Shown one piece after another: positions 35,551-45,270 of a DNA stretch of 64,000 bases (its first letter is position 1; every line of letters begins with the position of its first letter). The notes under the pieces were generated by a model. That model did no database searches. It saw only the letters and a list, made by a program, of their open reading frames with translations, and had not been told where the DNA came from. A program made the position numbers and the translations under genes. The stretch covers positions 10,682 to 74,681 of the forward strand of contig CAYSOX010000003.1 of NCBI GenBank assembly GCA_964432825.1. Reading direction: 5' to 3'. Origin of the DNA: an uncultured Lachnospiraceae bacterium. Lineage in GTDB: Bacteria > Bacillota > Clostridia > Christensenellales > UBA1242.

Positions 35551-35829
35551 TTACTTTTCCTCCAATAAATTAATAATTGCTTTACTTAATTCACTCTTTT
35601 TAATAGTTATAACTTTAACACCCTCATTTAATAAATTACTAAGTATTGACTCATCAATTTCAAAGACCTTAACTTGAGGATATTTTTTCAATTTATTTTT
35701 AGTATTTTCACTTACATTTTTTGCGATTAAACACACTTCAGTGTTTGGCTTAACATTGTCTATGCCTTTATTTACAATCCCCGATTTAATTGCAAAACCT
35801 ATTAATGTTGTTAATTTTTGATTATTCAA
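35551..35829 (-). CDS. L7Ae-family RNA-binding protein (YlxQ-like, divergent)
   Basis: LIGFAIKSG..., SENTKNK; position between ylxR and infB. Confidence 0.75.
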   Translation of the reverse strand: MNNQKLTTLIGFAIKSGIVNKGIDNVKPNTEVCLIAKNVSENTKNKLKKYPQVKVFEIDESILSNLLNEGVKVITIKKSELSKAIINLLEEK

Positions 35830-36073
35830 TTACTATACCTCTAAGTTCTTCAAATAATTCTTCCGAAACGCTTACACCAAGCGCTCGATCCAACGCCTTG
35901 CGTTTTTGTGCATTATCTATACATTTGCCACTTTTACATAAATATGCACCGCGTCCGTTAAGTTTGCCATTTTTATCAATTTTAATCTCATTTGTTGGTG
36001 TTTTCACAACTCTAACTAAGTCGCTTTTTTCAAACATTTCACGGCAAACCACACACATCCTTTTTGGCTTCAT
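35822..36073 (-). CDS. ylxR: YlxR/RnpM family RNA-binding protein
   Basis: RMCVVCR, GRGAYLC. Confidence 0.92.
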   Translation of the reverse strand: MKPKRMCVVCREMFEKSDLVRVVKTPTNEIKIDKNGKLNGRGAYLCKSGKCIDNAQKRKALDRALGVSVSEELFEELRGIVIE

Positions 36074-37251
36074 TATTCACCATCTCCAAAACCATCAAGA
36101 TTAACTGCTTGCAACAGCCCACTAATATCCTCGAAATTAGATTTAACCCTATTTGCATCACCATCTGTAATACTATCAAGCACCTTATCATTAGTTGTTG
36201 GGTCAATGCTTTGTGACACACTCTTTACATCAATTTTCCAATTTGTTAACTTTGCAGCAAGTCTAACATTTTGACCACTCTTACCAATTGCTAAAGATAA
36301 TTTATCATCTGGAACAATTGCTCTTGCAGACTTAACCTCGTCATTTACCTCAACCGTCAAAACCTTTGCTGGAGATAATGCCCTTGCGATATATTCAAAT
36401 GGGTCTTCTGACCAAATTATGATATCAATTTTTTCACCATTTAATTCGGAAACAATACTATTTACTCTAACACCCTTATTCCCAACACATGCACCAAGTG
36501 GGTCAATTGTTGGGTCTTCATTGTGTACGGCAATTTTTGTTCGGTAACCCGCATCTCTTGTACATCCCTTAATGGAAATTAGTCCAGATGCGATTTCAGG
36601 AACTTCCAACTCAAACAACTTTCTTACAAATGCAGGAGTGCTTCTTGAAACGATTGCTTGAGTACCTCTCGCGGTTTCTCTAAGTTTTTTAACATATACC
36701 TTTACTCGGTCATTAACCTCATATTTTTCGTTAGGTATTTGGTCATTTGCCATCATAACACCTTCAATTTGAGAACCTAGCAATTCCAAATAGATAGTAT
36801 CACGGTCTATTCTTCTAACAATACCTGTAACAATTTGCTCCAACTTTTCATTCATTTCTTGTGCAGCGGAACTTCTTTCTGCCTCTCTAAACTTTTGGGT
36901 AAACACTTGCTTTGCTGCCCCAGCCGCAATTCTTCCGAAATTCTTTGGGGTAATTTCTTCTTTTAGCATACCGCCCGCCTTTGCAGACTTCTTTATTTCT
37001 CGTGCTTGTGTCAAGGTAATTTGAGTATCAGGGTCGGTAAGTTCATCATCTTTAACAATTGTTTTTACCGCATAAATTTTAATTGTGCTTTTTTCTGGGT
37101 CAAGTTGAACCAAGATGTCTTTGCCTTCTCCATAATTTTTCTTATATGCCAAAACAAGACCATTTTTTAACCATTCCATAGCCGTTTCGGTGCTTATCCC
37201 TTTTGTTTTTTCTAATTCTTCTAATGCTAGAAAAAAGTCTTTATTAACCAT
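36073..37251 (-). CDS. nusA: Transcription factor NusA
   Basis: FGRIAA..AKQ, LFELEVPEI, AIGKSGQNVRLA. Confidence 0.97.
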   Translation of the reverse strand: MVNKDFFLALEELEKTKGISTETAMEWLKNGLVLAYKKNYGEGKDILVQLDPEKSTIKIYAVKTIVKDDELTDPDTQITLTQAREIKKSAKAGGMLKEEITPKNFGRIAAGAAKQVFTQKFREAERSSAAQEMNEKLEQIVTGIVRRIDRDTIYLELLGSQIEGVMMANDQIPNEKYEVNDRVKVYVKKLRETARGTQAIVSRSTPAFVRKLFELEVPEIASGLISIKGCTRDAGYRTKIAVHNEDPTIDPLGACVGNKGVRVNSIVSELNGEKIDIIIWSEDPFEYIARALSPAKVLTVEVNDEVKSARAIVPDDKLSLAIGKSGQNVRLAAKLTNWKIDVKSVSQSIDPTTNDKVLDSITDGDANRVKSNFEDISGLLQAVNLDGFGDGE

Positions 37252-37266
37252 TTTTCTACTATCCTC

Positions 37267-37731
37267 CTAAAATTCAATGTATTTTGTAATCTTTGCTATA
37301 TTTTTTCTGTCTATTGCCAATTCTTTGTTTTGAGTTTTAATTGTCAAGCAATCATCATTAAAACTTATTAGTTCTCCATTTAATAATTTTTGACCGTCCA
37401 TTTTGCTATAAAGAGATACTTCTATTTGAACACCAATATTTGCAGTTAAATCTCTATCCGTTTTAAGCGGGCGGTCAAGCCCTGGCGATGATACATTTAA
37501 TGTATAACTTGCACCATTTGTTGGATCCAATTCGTCAAGTGGTAAGTCAATCGCATTATGAACCTTTTCACAATCTGCAATATCTATTCCTGCTGGCGAG
37601 TCAATAAATATGGTTAAATTCATACCATTTTGTTTTTTGGCATATTCTACCTCTACAATTCTATATCCTAGCCCCTCAACTATAGGTGTTAGAAATTCCT
37701 CTACCGAACTTACGATTGTTTTCTTTTCCAC
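37267..37731 (-). CDS. rimP: Ribosome maturation factor RimP
   Basis: DCEKV, YTLNVSSPGLDRPL; GTG 37731 after GGAGG. Confidence 0.95.
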   Translation of the reverse strand: MEKKTIVSSVEEFLTPIVEGLGYRIVEVEYAKKQNGMNLTIFIDSPAGIDIADCEKVHNAIDLPLDELDPTNGASYTLNVSSPGLDRPLKTDRDLTANIGVQIEVSLYSKMDGQKLLNGELISFNDDCLTIKTQNKELAIDRKNIAKITKYIEF

Positions 37732-37873
37732 AAAAAACCTCCTAATTATATTAAAATTGATTAAGTTGTTTTGATTAGTTTTTTTTAAACACAAATTGAA
37801 AGACTTTTCAATCAATGCAATTTGAGTAAAGCAAATTCATCCAATATTAAACAACTATAGCAATATAACAAAA

Positions 37874-37901
37874 GTTGAACGGACAAAAATGTCCGTTCAA
37901 C
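37874..37901 (-). terminator. Leader hairpin/attenuator of the rimP-nusA operon
   Basis: Perfect 12-bp stem GTTGAACGGACA/TGTCCGTTCAAC plus U-tract, between the promoter and rimP. Confidence 0.7.
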
Positions 37902-37925
37902 AAAGATTAGTTATTTACATAATGT

Positions 37926-37955
37926 ATTATATCACATATCCTCCTTTTTTTGCAA
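37926..37955 (-). promoter_or_regulatory. sigmaA promoter of rimP-nusA-infB
   Basis: TTGCAA-N18-TATAAT with extended TG. Confidence 0.7.
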
Positions 37956-37984
37956 TGGTTTTTACAAAAAAAATTAAAATAAAA

Positions 37985-39535
37985 TTAATTATTTTGTTGA
38001 ACTTCGGCATCTGCATCTTTCAATAACTTTCGCATTACCTCTGCCGCCGCCACGGCATCAAAAACCGCCCTATGCGCATTATCTAACACTACACCGAGTT
38101 CTTTCGCTATTGTGGTTAATTTATAATTTCTAACCCCTTTCATTTTTTCTTTTGCTAAAACAAATGCATCAAAAGTTTTATGCGTGAAAGCGTATCCAAA
38201 CTGTTTACCTACAAAACTGATAAAATTAAAATCAAAATCTATAACATATGACACCATTATTGCACCATCACAAAACTTAAAAAAGTCCGGAAGAACCTCT
38301 TTTATTGTATGTGACCCCGAAACCATATCATCGGTTATATTATTAACCTTAGTTGCATCTTCGGGTATATGCATTTCAGGGTCTATAAGACAAGAAAAAG
38401 TTTCCGTCATCTTACCACCAGTCATTTTAACCGCACCAATTTCAATAATTTTATCACGGTTATACGCTGTGCCTGTGGTTTCTAAGTCAAAAATCACAAA
38501 AGTATTATCCAATAAGTATGGGTTTGTTATTTTGTCCTCTACTGTAAATAAATCCGACTGAGACTCACCTTTATACTGTTCTGGAAATATATATCGATAT
38601 TTTTCTGGAACAGGCTTTGTATAGACGGTGTCAAAAAAACCATTTTCAAATGTACAAAGATTTATTGATTTTGGACGAAGTGTAAGTCCTGCATCAAAAT
38701 TACTTTCTTCTAAACTTCCAAATATACAAACCTCTATATCGTCAGCAAGTTTTTCTACCTTTGGCAAATTTGCTTTGGTTGGGAAATACACAACCCTCAA
38801 ACTTCCGCTATAATCATACACTTCAAAAGTGTAATATGTTTTTTCTGGTCGTACCTTTCCTTCTTCCGTTACCCGTTCTTTTGTTTTTTGTTCTCTAAAA
38901 TTTCTAATTTTTCCCGCTACGCAAACAGCGTCTTCTGGGTCAACCATTGTTGCCATAAGCACTGGAGGGTCTTGAATTAATTCACCAATAAAAGGTTCTA
39001 AACTGGTTAAATTTATTTTGTAACTGGTTACCGCAATGTTTTCATTAAACACATCGTCTTCTTCAATCTCTAAAATTTTGTTCGGAACAATCATTTTCTC
39101 TATTTTAAAAGTGGTATAATAATCTTTATTCAGCGCTTCTATAACATCGCTAATAACACTACTATCTGACACCATTGAAGAAAACCGCTCTTCTATTTCA
39201 ATATTAATTGTTTTTTCTTTTTTAAATACTTGAAGCGATTCTTCGGTTAGTCTTACTATTGGTAACACCTTTTTAAAAACTGCCAACACTGCATTTTTAA
39301 TTGTTGATTCATCAAAATAATTTTTCTTAAATTTGATATTTAAATTTTTAATTCCCGTCGGCAATTCTTCATATGCAATTTTTTTTACCCGCTCTTGAAC
39401 ATCTTGTGTAATTATGTCCTCATCCGGATATACAAGCACTAAACTTAAAGCCTGCAGGCTTGTATCAAAAACCGCAGACTCTAAATTAAATGAAATATTA
39501 TAATCTTTTAATTTGTCATTAATAATGTTTATCAT
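37985..39535 (-). CDS. PolC-derived protein: NTD + OB-fold + DEDDh 3'-5' exonuclease, with no PHP or polymerase core
   Basis: At the polC locus (rseP-polC-rimP); OB-like TFEVYDYSGS; ExoI DLETTG, ExoII FD, ExoIII HRAVFDA; stops at 516 aa. Confidence 0.85.
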   Translation of the reverse strand: MINIINDKLKDYNISFNLESAVFDTSLQALSLVLVYPDEDIITQDVQERVKKIAYEELPTGIKNLNIKFKKNYFDESTIKNAVLAVFKKVLPIVRLTEESLQVFKKEKTINIEIEERFSSMVSDSSVISDVIEALNKDYYTTFKIEKMIVPNKILEIEEDDVFNENIAVTSYKINLTSLEPFIGELIQDPPVLMATMVDPEDAVCVAGKIRNFREQKTKERVTEEGKVRPEKTYYTFEVYDYSGSLRVVYFPTKANLPKVEKLADDIEVCIFGSLEESNFDAGLTLRPKSINLCTFENGFFDTVYTKPVPEKYRYIFPEQYKGESQSDLFTVEDKITNPYLLDNTFVIFDLETTGTAYNRDKIIEIGAVKMTGGKMTETFSCLIDPEMHIPEDATKVNNITDDMVSGSHTIKEVLPDFFKFCDGAIMVSYVIDFDFNFISFVGKQFGYAFTHKTFDAFVLAKEKMKGVRNYKLTTIAKELGVVLDNAHRAVFDAVAAAEVMRKLLKDADAEVQQNN

Positions 39536-39549
39536 TTTATTCTCTCATT

Positions 39550-41115
39550 TTAAGTTTTTAGCAAAAATATGTGATAAAAATCTAAGAATATAACAAGTGC
39601 AAAAAGTACAATTAATCCAAAGAAATGTATATATGCCTCAACATTTCGGTCAATTGGTTTTTTGCGTATCCATTCTATTATTACAAACACCATTCTAGCA
39701 CCATCCAATGCCGGTATTGGCAATATGTTAAACACAGCCAAATTCATACTTATCAATGGAATAAGGTAGAATATATATCTCCAATCAATACTTGTAATTT
39801 GTGCAATTTGTTGAACTGTTGTAACCGTTCCACCAAGTTCTGAAACTTTTGTGGCACCTGTAAATATTCCACCTAAAAGTTTTAATATTAGCCAACATAC
39901 ATCTATGCAGAATGGGAAGGCGTATAAAAGTGCCTCTCCAAATGAATACTTGCGATATTCAAAGGTTTGCATAATTCCAAGGCTTACCCCTGAATTACTT
40001 GTCGAAATTCCGCAAAGGTTTGAAATTTCTTGTTCTTGATATGGAACATATTGTACACTACCATCCTCGTCAACTCTTTTATACACAGAAGTTAATTCAT
40101 TTTCTGTATTTTTAAGATATACCGACAATGTTTGTGCATCCTCAAATTTTATATACTCTTCACCGCTTAAATAATAAGCATTTTCAATAATCTTTTCTGG
40201 ATATAAAACATATCTAAATGCTTCTCTATGTTCTTTCTTTACAACCAACTGTTGCTCTTTGCCATCTCTTTCAATGGTTAAAACAATTTCCTCTCCCTCG
40301 CCATACTTAGCCAATTCTTTCGAAAATTGCTCCAAAGTTGTGCTACTAACTTTGTAATAATCAAACTTCTCGCCATTAATTTCGGTTATTACATCCCCAA
40401 CCATAAACTGATTAGCGTTTCCATCCGAAACGGCAATAACCTTTGGAAGTGCGTAATTTGCCATACACAAATATACCACACTCATAATCAATCCAAACAA
40501 AAAGTTAAATATTACACCCGCAGACTGTACAATCAATCTTTTCCAAGGCTTTTGCTTATTGAAAGCACCTTCGGAATCTTTATCTTCATCCTCTCCTTCA
40601 AAAGCACAATACCCTCCAAGCGGGATAACTCTTATAGAAAATTTTTCTCCATCGGCTTTGGTTTTGGAAAAAATTGCAGGCCCAAAACCTATCGAAAATT
40701 CATTAATTTTAAATTTTAAAATCTTGCCTGCTATGTAATGTCCACACTCGTGAACCATTATTAAAATCATTAAAAACACAATCGCTAAAAGCACATATAT
40801 GATTTGATTCCACACAACACAACAAGCAACTATTGTAAAAATAGACTCAAAATAAAGTATAAATAAATTAACTTTATCTTTATATTTTTCACTATTAAAT
40901 ACTATTTTTAAAATATTACTTGCAATAATTAAAGCATAATAAATGTAAAAGAATACTCCCGAATCTTTAAAAATATTTACAATGCTCACTGCAATCAAAA
41001 CACAAGAAAGTGCATTTTTTATCATCGAGCGAAAGGCTTTGTTGTTATCATTTTGCTTATATAACCAATTAAACAAAATCTCAATTAATATCAATGCAAA
41101 TAAAACAATTCTCAT
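39550..41115 (-). CDS. rseP: RIP metalloprotease RseP/RasP (M50) with N-terminal extension
   Basis: HECGH, FSIGFGP, PLGGY, NILPIPALDG. Confidence 0.93.
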   Translation of the reverse strand: MRIVLFALILIEILFNWLYKQNDNNKAFRSMIKNALSCVLIAVSIVNIFKDSGVFFYIYYALIIASNILKIVFNSEKYKDKVNLFILYFESIFTIVACCVVWNQIIYVLLAIVFLMILIMVHECGHYIAGKILKFKINEFSIGFGPAIFSKTKADGEKFSIRVIPLGGYCAFEGEDEDKDSEGAFNKQKPWKRLIVQSAGVIFNFLFGLIMSVVYLCMANYALPKVIAVSDGNANQFMVGDVITEINGEKFDYYKVSSTTLEQFSKELAKYGEGEEIVLTIERDGKEQQLVVKKEHREAFRYVLYPEKIIENAYYLSGEEYIKFEDAQTLSVYLKNTENELTSVYKRVDEDGSVQYVPYQEQEISNLCGISTSNSGVSLGIMQTFEYRKYSFGEALLYAFPFCIDVCWLILKLLGGIFTGATKVSELGGTVTTVQQIAQITSIDWRYIFYLIPLISMNLAVFNILPIPALDGARMVFVIIEWIRKKPIDRNVEAYIHFFGLIVLFALVIFLDFYHIFLLKT

Positions 41116-41123
41116 TATATCAC

Positions 41124-42020
41124 CTAAATTATAATAATTAACGACAAAATATACACAGTTAGCGAAACGAACATCATTCCATCTATTCTATCCATAACAC
41201 CACCGTGCCCAGGCAAAATCTTACCAAAATCTTTTGTGTCATAATTTCTTTTAATGCACGAAGCAACCAAATCTCCGGACTCCGTTGCAAATGAGCCTAA
41301 GACTCCCGCAAGCAAAAAGAATACCAAAAGTTTCCAACTTTGTACTTCTTTAAAAGGATTATAAACCCCCGCAACTATAAATATTAAGTATATTGCAACA
41401 GATATAACCACACCACCTAAAATCCCACCAATTGCACCACTCATTGATTTCTTTGGCGAAATTTGATTTGCAAAACTTCCCTTTCTTGTTGCACATCCTA
41501 TAATATATGCAAAAACATCGGTAAACATAGCAATTAAAAATACTAAACCTAAAAGAATCGTTCCTTTTCCAACGCTAAAACTATTTATTCCATAAAGTGT
41601 TCCAACTAAAGTATTCGGACAAATCATAACCAATAAAAGTTTTTTGGTTGACAATAATAACTCATCTTTTGAGAATTCTTCGCCTTTATGCTTGTTTAAG
41701 TACAACACTTCGCAAACCATTGACGCTAAGAAAAAGATAACAAATAGAATAACTTGATACAAAAATGTTTGCATTCTACTTTTTGCAACAAATGGCGAAT
41801 ATGCCATATATACTAAGTATACATGAACAAGTGATAAATATGTGTAAGTTCTTGAACATTTTCTTTCGTCTTTTTGCATGGCTTTTAGCACTTCATAGCA
41901 CGCCATAAACGACATTGCCATAACAAAGGCATCAAAAAAATAAACCGACAAATACCTACTTGCGACAAATAAAGCCGTTACAATTAATATTAATGAACCT
42001 GTAAGCGTTCTTTTTCCCAT
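41124..42020 (-). CDS. cdsA: Phosphatidate cytidylyltransferase
   Basis: DVFAY, ISPKKS, GDLVAS..KR, KDFG.ILPGHGGVMDRID. Confidence 0.95.
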   Translation of the reverse strand: MGKRTLTGSLILIVTALFVASRYLSVYFFDAFVMAMSFMACYEVLKAMQKDERKCSRTYTYLSLVHVYLVYMAYSPFVAKSRMQTFLYQVILFVIFFLASMVCEVLYLNKHKGEEFSKDELLLSTKKLLLVMICPNTLVGTLYGINSFSVGKGTILLGLVFLIAMFTDVFAYIIGCATRKGSFANQISPKKSMSGAIGGILGGVVISVAIYLIFIVAGVYNPFKEVQSWKLLVFFLLAGVLGSFATESGDLVASCIKRNYDTKDFGKILPGHGGVMDRIDGMMFVSLTVYILSLIIII

Positions 42021-42034
42021 AAATTTCCCTTCTC

Positions 42035-42766
42035 CTACTCTTCCTCAACTTTTCCAAACTTTCTAACTCTTTTTTGATATTCTAAAATACACTCTTTGAC
42101 GGTTTCCTTATCAAAATCAGGCCATAAAGTTGCAGGAAAATAAAACTCACTATATGCATGTTGCCAAAGCAAAAAATTGCTAACCCTTTGCTCACCACTA
42201 GAGCGAACAATCAAATCAGGGTCGTTTTGTCCAGCGGTATAAAGGTAATTTCCAAAATCTTCCTCGGTTATAGAAGTTTTTCCCTCTGCTAAAATTTTGT
42301 TTATACCTCTTATGATTTCATCTCTTCCGCCATAAACAAATGCGATATTTAAAACATAGGTTTTGCAATTTTTTGTAGTTTCCATAGCATTTAAAAAGCA
42401 CTTTCTAGTTTTTTCGTCAATACGGTTGTGATTTATATCTCCAATAATATTGATTTTTAAATCATATTTTAGGGCATTTTGCAATTCTTTTTCTATAAAC
42501 TCAACGGCTAGTCCCATAATATAATTTACTTCACTTTCGCTACGCTGTAAATTTTCGGTACTTAAAGCATAAACCGTGACCGTTTTTACACCAAAATCTC
42601 TACACGCCTCACAAACCCGACGCATAGCAATTGAGCCCTCTCGATGTCCCGCTGACCGTGGCAGTCCGCGTTTTTTTGCCCACCGTCCATTTCCGTCCAT
42701 AATAAAACCTATATGTTGTGGTACATTTTGAGGGTTAATATCTTCCATCTTTCTAAATAACTTCAT
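42035..42766 (-). CDS. uppS: Undecaprenyl diphosphate synthase
   Basis: IMDGNGRWA, STEN, RSSGEQRVSNFLLWQ. Confidence 0.96.
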   Translation of the reverse strand: MKLFRKMEDINPQNVPQHIGFIMDGNGRWAKKRGLPRSAGHREGSIAMRRVCEACRDFGVKTVTVYALSTENLQRSESEVNYIMGLAVEFIEKELQNALKYDLKINIIGDINHNRIDEKTRKCFLNAMETTKNCKTYVLNIAFVYGGRDEIIRGINKILAEGKTSITEEDFGNYLYTAGQNDPDLIVRSSGEQRVSNFLLWQHAYSEFYFPATLWPDFDKETVKECILEYQKRVRKFGKVEEE

Positions 42767-42785
42767 TTAACTCTCTCACTAAATT

Positions 42786-43361
42786 TTATATTTGCATAAC
42801 CTCTTTTTCTTTTTCAGAAGCCTCTTTGTCAATTCTTGAAATGTAGTCATCCAACATCTTTTGAATATCTTTTTCGTTCGAACTCATTTCATCTTCGGTA
42901 ATTTCTGAATCTTTCTTTAATTGCTTAAAAGAATCCATTATATCTCTTCTTGAATTTCGGGCTACAACCTTGGATTCCTCGGCTAGTTTTTTAACAGTTT
43001 TAACCATTTCTTTTCTGCGTTCCTCGGTTAATGGTGGGAATACAAGTCTAATAATTTTTCCATCGTCATTTGGATTAATTCCTATATCGGATGCTGAAAT
43101 TGCCTTTAGTGTTTCCTTCATCGCGTTTACATCCCATAACGAAATAACCAAAACTCTACCATCTTGCACGGTTATATTTGAAATTTGGTTTAATGGTGTA
43201 GGTGTCCCATAATAGTTTACTACTATTTTATCCAAAATATGTGGATTTGCTCTTCCTGCCCTTAGTGAAGCATACTCACTTTTTAGATGGTCTAAAACCT
43301 TTGTTAACTCTTCTTCATAATTTAAATATTTTTCTGCAATAAAATCTTCTAAATTTTCCAT
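42786..43361 (-). CDS. frr: Ribosome recycling factor
   Basis: RAGRANP, PPLTEERR. Confidence 0.97.
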   Translation of the reverse strand: MENLEDFIAEKYLNYEEELTKVLDHLKSEYASLRAGRANPHILDKIVVNYYGTPTPLNQISNITVQDGRVLVISLWDVNAMKETLKAISASDIGINPNDDGKIIRLVFPPLTEERRKEMVKTVKKLAEESKVVARNSRRDIMDSFKQLKKDSEITEDEMSSNEKDIQKMLDDYISRIDKEASEKEKEVMQI

Positions 43362-43431
43362 TTGGTCAAATTCTCCATAATAATTATTTATACACTTATA
43401 TATTACTATATTTCACTATTTAAATGCAAAT

Positions 43432-43466
43432 AAAATTGAGCATTGTTTTACGCAATGCTCAATTTT
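43432..43466 (-). terminator. Terminator after tsf
   Basis: AAAATTGAGCATTG...CAATGCTCAATTTT inverted repeat. Confidence 0.75.
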
Positions 43467-43477
43467 ATAAAAATTAA

Positions 43478-44134
43478 TTAATCGTTTGCTTTTGTTTGAG
43501 CCATAACTTCTTCAGCAAAGTTATCGTTACGCTTTTCTAGGCCTTCACCAACTTCGTATCTAACAAATCTACGAATGGTAATTTTCTCTCCAAGTTTTAA
43601 TGTTATTTCATTAACTAATTGAGTGATAGTCTTTTCTGGGTCTTTAACAAATTCTTGTTCCATTAAAACAGATTCTTTGTAGAACTTCTTAATTCTTCCT
43701 TCAACCATCTTCTCAACTACGGCTTGTGGCTTTCCTTCATTTAATGCTTGTGCTGTTAAAATTTCCTTTTCTTTAGCAACTACTTCTGGGTCAAGTTCTT
43801 CAACTCTAACACAAGTAGGATTTGCAGCAGCGATGTGCATACAAATGTCATGTGAGAAATTTTGGAAATCTTCGCTCTTTGCAACAAAGTCAGACTCACA
43901 ATTGATTTCACACAAAACTCCAATTTTACCATTTGAATGGATGTAACTTACAGCAACACCTTCAGCGGCGATTCTTCCTGACTTTTTAGCAACAGCAGCC
44001 ATTCCCTTTTCTCTTAAAAGTTCAACAGCCTTGTCCATATCTCCATTTGCTTCGGTCAATGCTTTTTTACAATCCATCATTCCAACGCCAGTTTTTTCTC
44101 TTAATGTCTTTATATCTGCATTTGAAATAGCCAT
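43478..44134 (-). CDS. tsf: Elongation factor Ts (short, about 200-aa type)
   Basis: [21 protein letters not shown]. Confidence 0.97.
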   Translation of the reverse strand: MAISNADIKTLREKTGVGMMDCKKALTEANGDMDKAVELLREKGMAAVAKKSGRIAAEGVAVSYIHSNGKIGVLCEINCESDFVAKSEDFQNFSHDICMHIAAANPTCVRVEELDPEVVAKEKEILTAQALNEGKPQAVVEKMVEGRIKKFYKESVLMEQEFVKDPEKTITQLVNEITLKLGEKITIRRFVRYEVGEGLEKRNDNFAEEVMAQTKAND

Positions 44135-44157
44135 AATAATTCTCCTAAAAATAAATA

Positions 44158-45102
44158 TTAATTTTCTTCAGTTTTTGGTGCTTCTTCGGTAGCCTCTGCC
44201 TTCTTTCTAGATGCTCTCTTCTTTGGTGCTGGCTTTTCTTCTGTTGAAGAATCAGCCTTTGCTTCTTCCTTTTCTTCTACCTTTGGTTCTTCAGTCTTTT
44301 CAACTTTTTCTTCTACGCTTTCAGCATTTTCAGTATTTTCGGCATTTTCAGCTTCTTCACGAGCCTTTTCTTCTTCTCTTGCCTTTTCATCTGCTTCAAG
44401 AACCTTAGCAAGACCTTCTTCGCCTTCCTTAGCCTCGATTACAGCATAAGCCATTGCACCAGCAATAAGTTTTACGGCACGGATAGCGTCATCATTTCCT
44501 GGGATAACATAATCAACTGAATCTGGGTCACAGTTTGTGTCTACCAAACCAACGATAGGAATTCCAAGCGAACGCGCTTCACGAACAGCGATATATTCCT
44601 TGTTAGGGTCAACAACAAACATAGCACCAGGAAGTGTATGCATATCTTTAATACCGCCTAAATTTTCTTCTAGTTTATCTCTTTCAGCCTTTAACTTTAA
44701 AACTTCCTTCTTTGTTAAAAGTTCGAACTCACCAGTTTTTTCCATTTGATTTAACTTGTTAAGTCTATCAATTCTGTTCTTGATGGTTTTAAAGTTTGTT
44801 AAAGTTCCGCCTAACCAACGGCTACCAACATAGTACATTCCACATCTTTGTGCTTCCTCTATGATAGCATCCTTGGCTTGTTTCTTTGTTCCAACAAAAA
44901 GAATACTCTTGCCTTCTTCAACGGTGTTCTTGATAAAGGTATAAGCCTTATCAATTTGCTCAACCGTTTGTTCTAGGTTAAGAATATAAATATTATTTCT
45001 TGAAGTAAAGATATACTTCTTCATTTTAGGGTTCCACTTGTGTGTTGGATGACCAAAGTGAACACCTGCTTCTAGTAATTGCTTCATTGATACTACAGAC
45101 AT
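44158..45102 (-). CDS. rpsB: 30S ribosomal protein S2 with acidic/Lys-rich tail
   Basis: [24 protein letters not shown]. Confidence 0.98.
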   Translation of the reverse strand: MSVVSMKQLLEAGVHFGHPTHKWNPKMKKYIFTSRNNIYILNLEQTVEQIDKAYTFIKNTVEEGKSILFVGTKKQAKDAIIEEAQRCGMYYVGSRWLGGTLTNFKTIKNRIDRLNKLNQMEKTGEFELLTKKEVLKLKAERDKLEENLGGIKDMHTLPGAMFVVDPNKEYIAVREARSLGIPIVGLVDTNCDPDSVDYVIPGNDDAIRAVKLIAGAMAYAVIEAKEGEEGLAKVLEADEKAREEEKAREEAENAENTENAESVEEKVEKTEEPKVEEKEEAKADSSTEEKPAPKKRASRKKAEATEEAPKTEEN

Positions 45103-45107
45103 TTTAA

Positions 45108-45203
45108 ATTCCTCCTTGTTTTTTCCTCCCCAAGCGTCATCTCCTCACGACAACCAAATGTAGTCCTTTGGCAACAATGTGAGAATCCTCTTTGGGTGTG
45201 TAA
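45108..45203 (-). promoter_or_regulatory. rpsB 5' leader (probable S2 autoregulatory RNA)
   Basis: ACACACCCAA...TTGGGGAGG long-range pairing between the promoter and the RBS, as typical of rpsB leaders. Confidence 0.6.
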
Positions 45204-45221
45204 TATTTTGTAAGCGAAGTA

Positions 45222-45250
45222 AGTTTAACACATAATTTTACAATTTGCAA
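45222..45250 (-). promoter_or_regulatory. sigmaA promoter of rpsB-tsf
   Basis: TTGCAA-N17-TAAACT with extended TG. Confidence 0.65.
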
Positions 45251-45270
45251 TAATTTTTAGCAAATTTATA

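Noticed and set aside
43478-44134. Truncated EF-Ts
   Set aside because: The short, about 200-aa EF-Ts is a known normal type
44158-44420. Repetitive Glu/Ala/Lys tail of RpsB
   Set aside because: Low-complexity S2 tails are common
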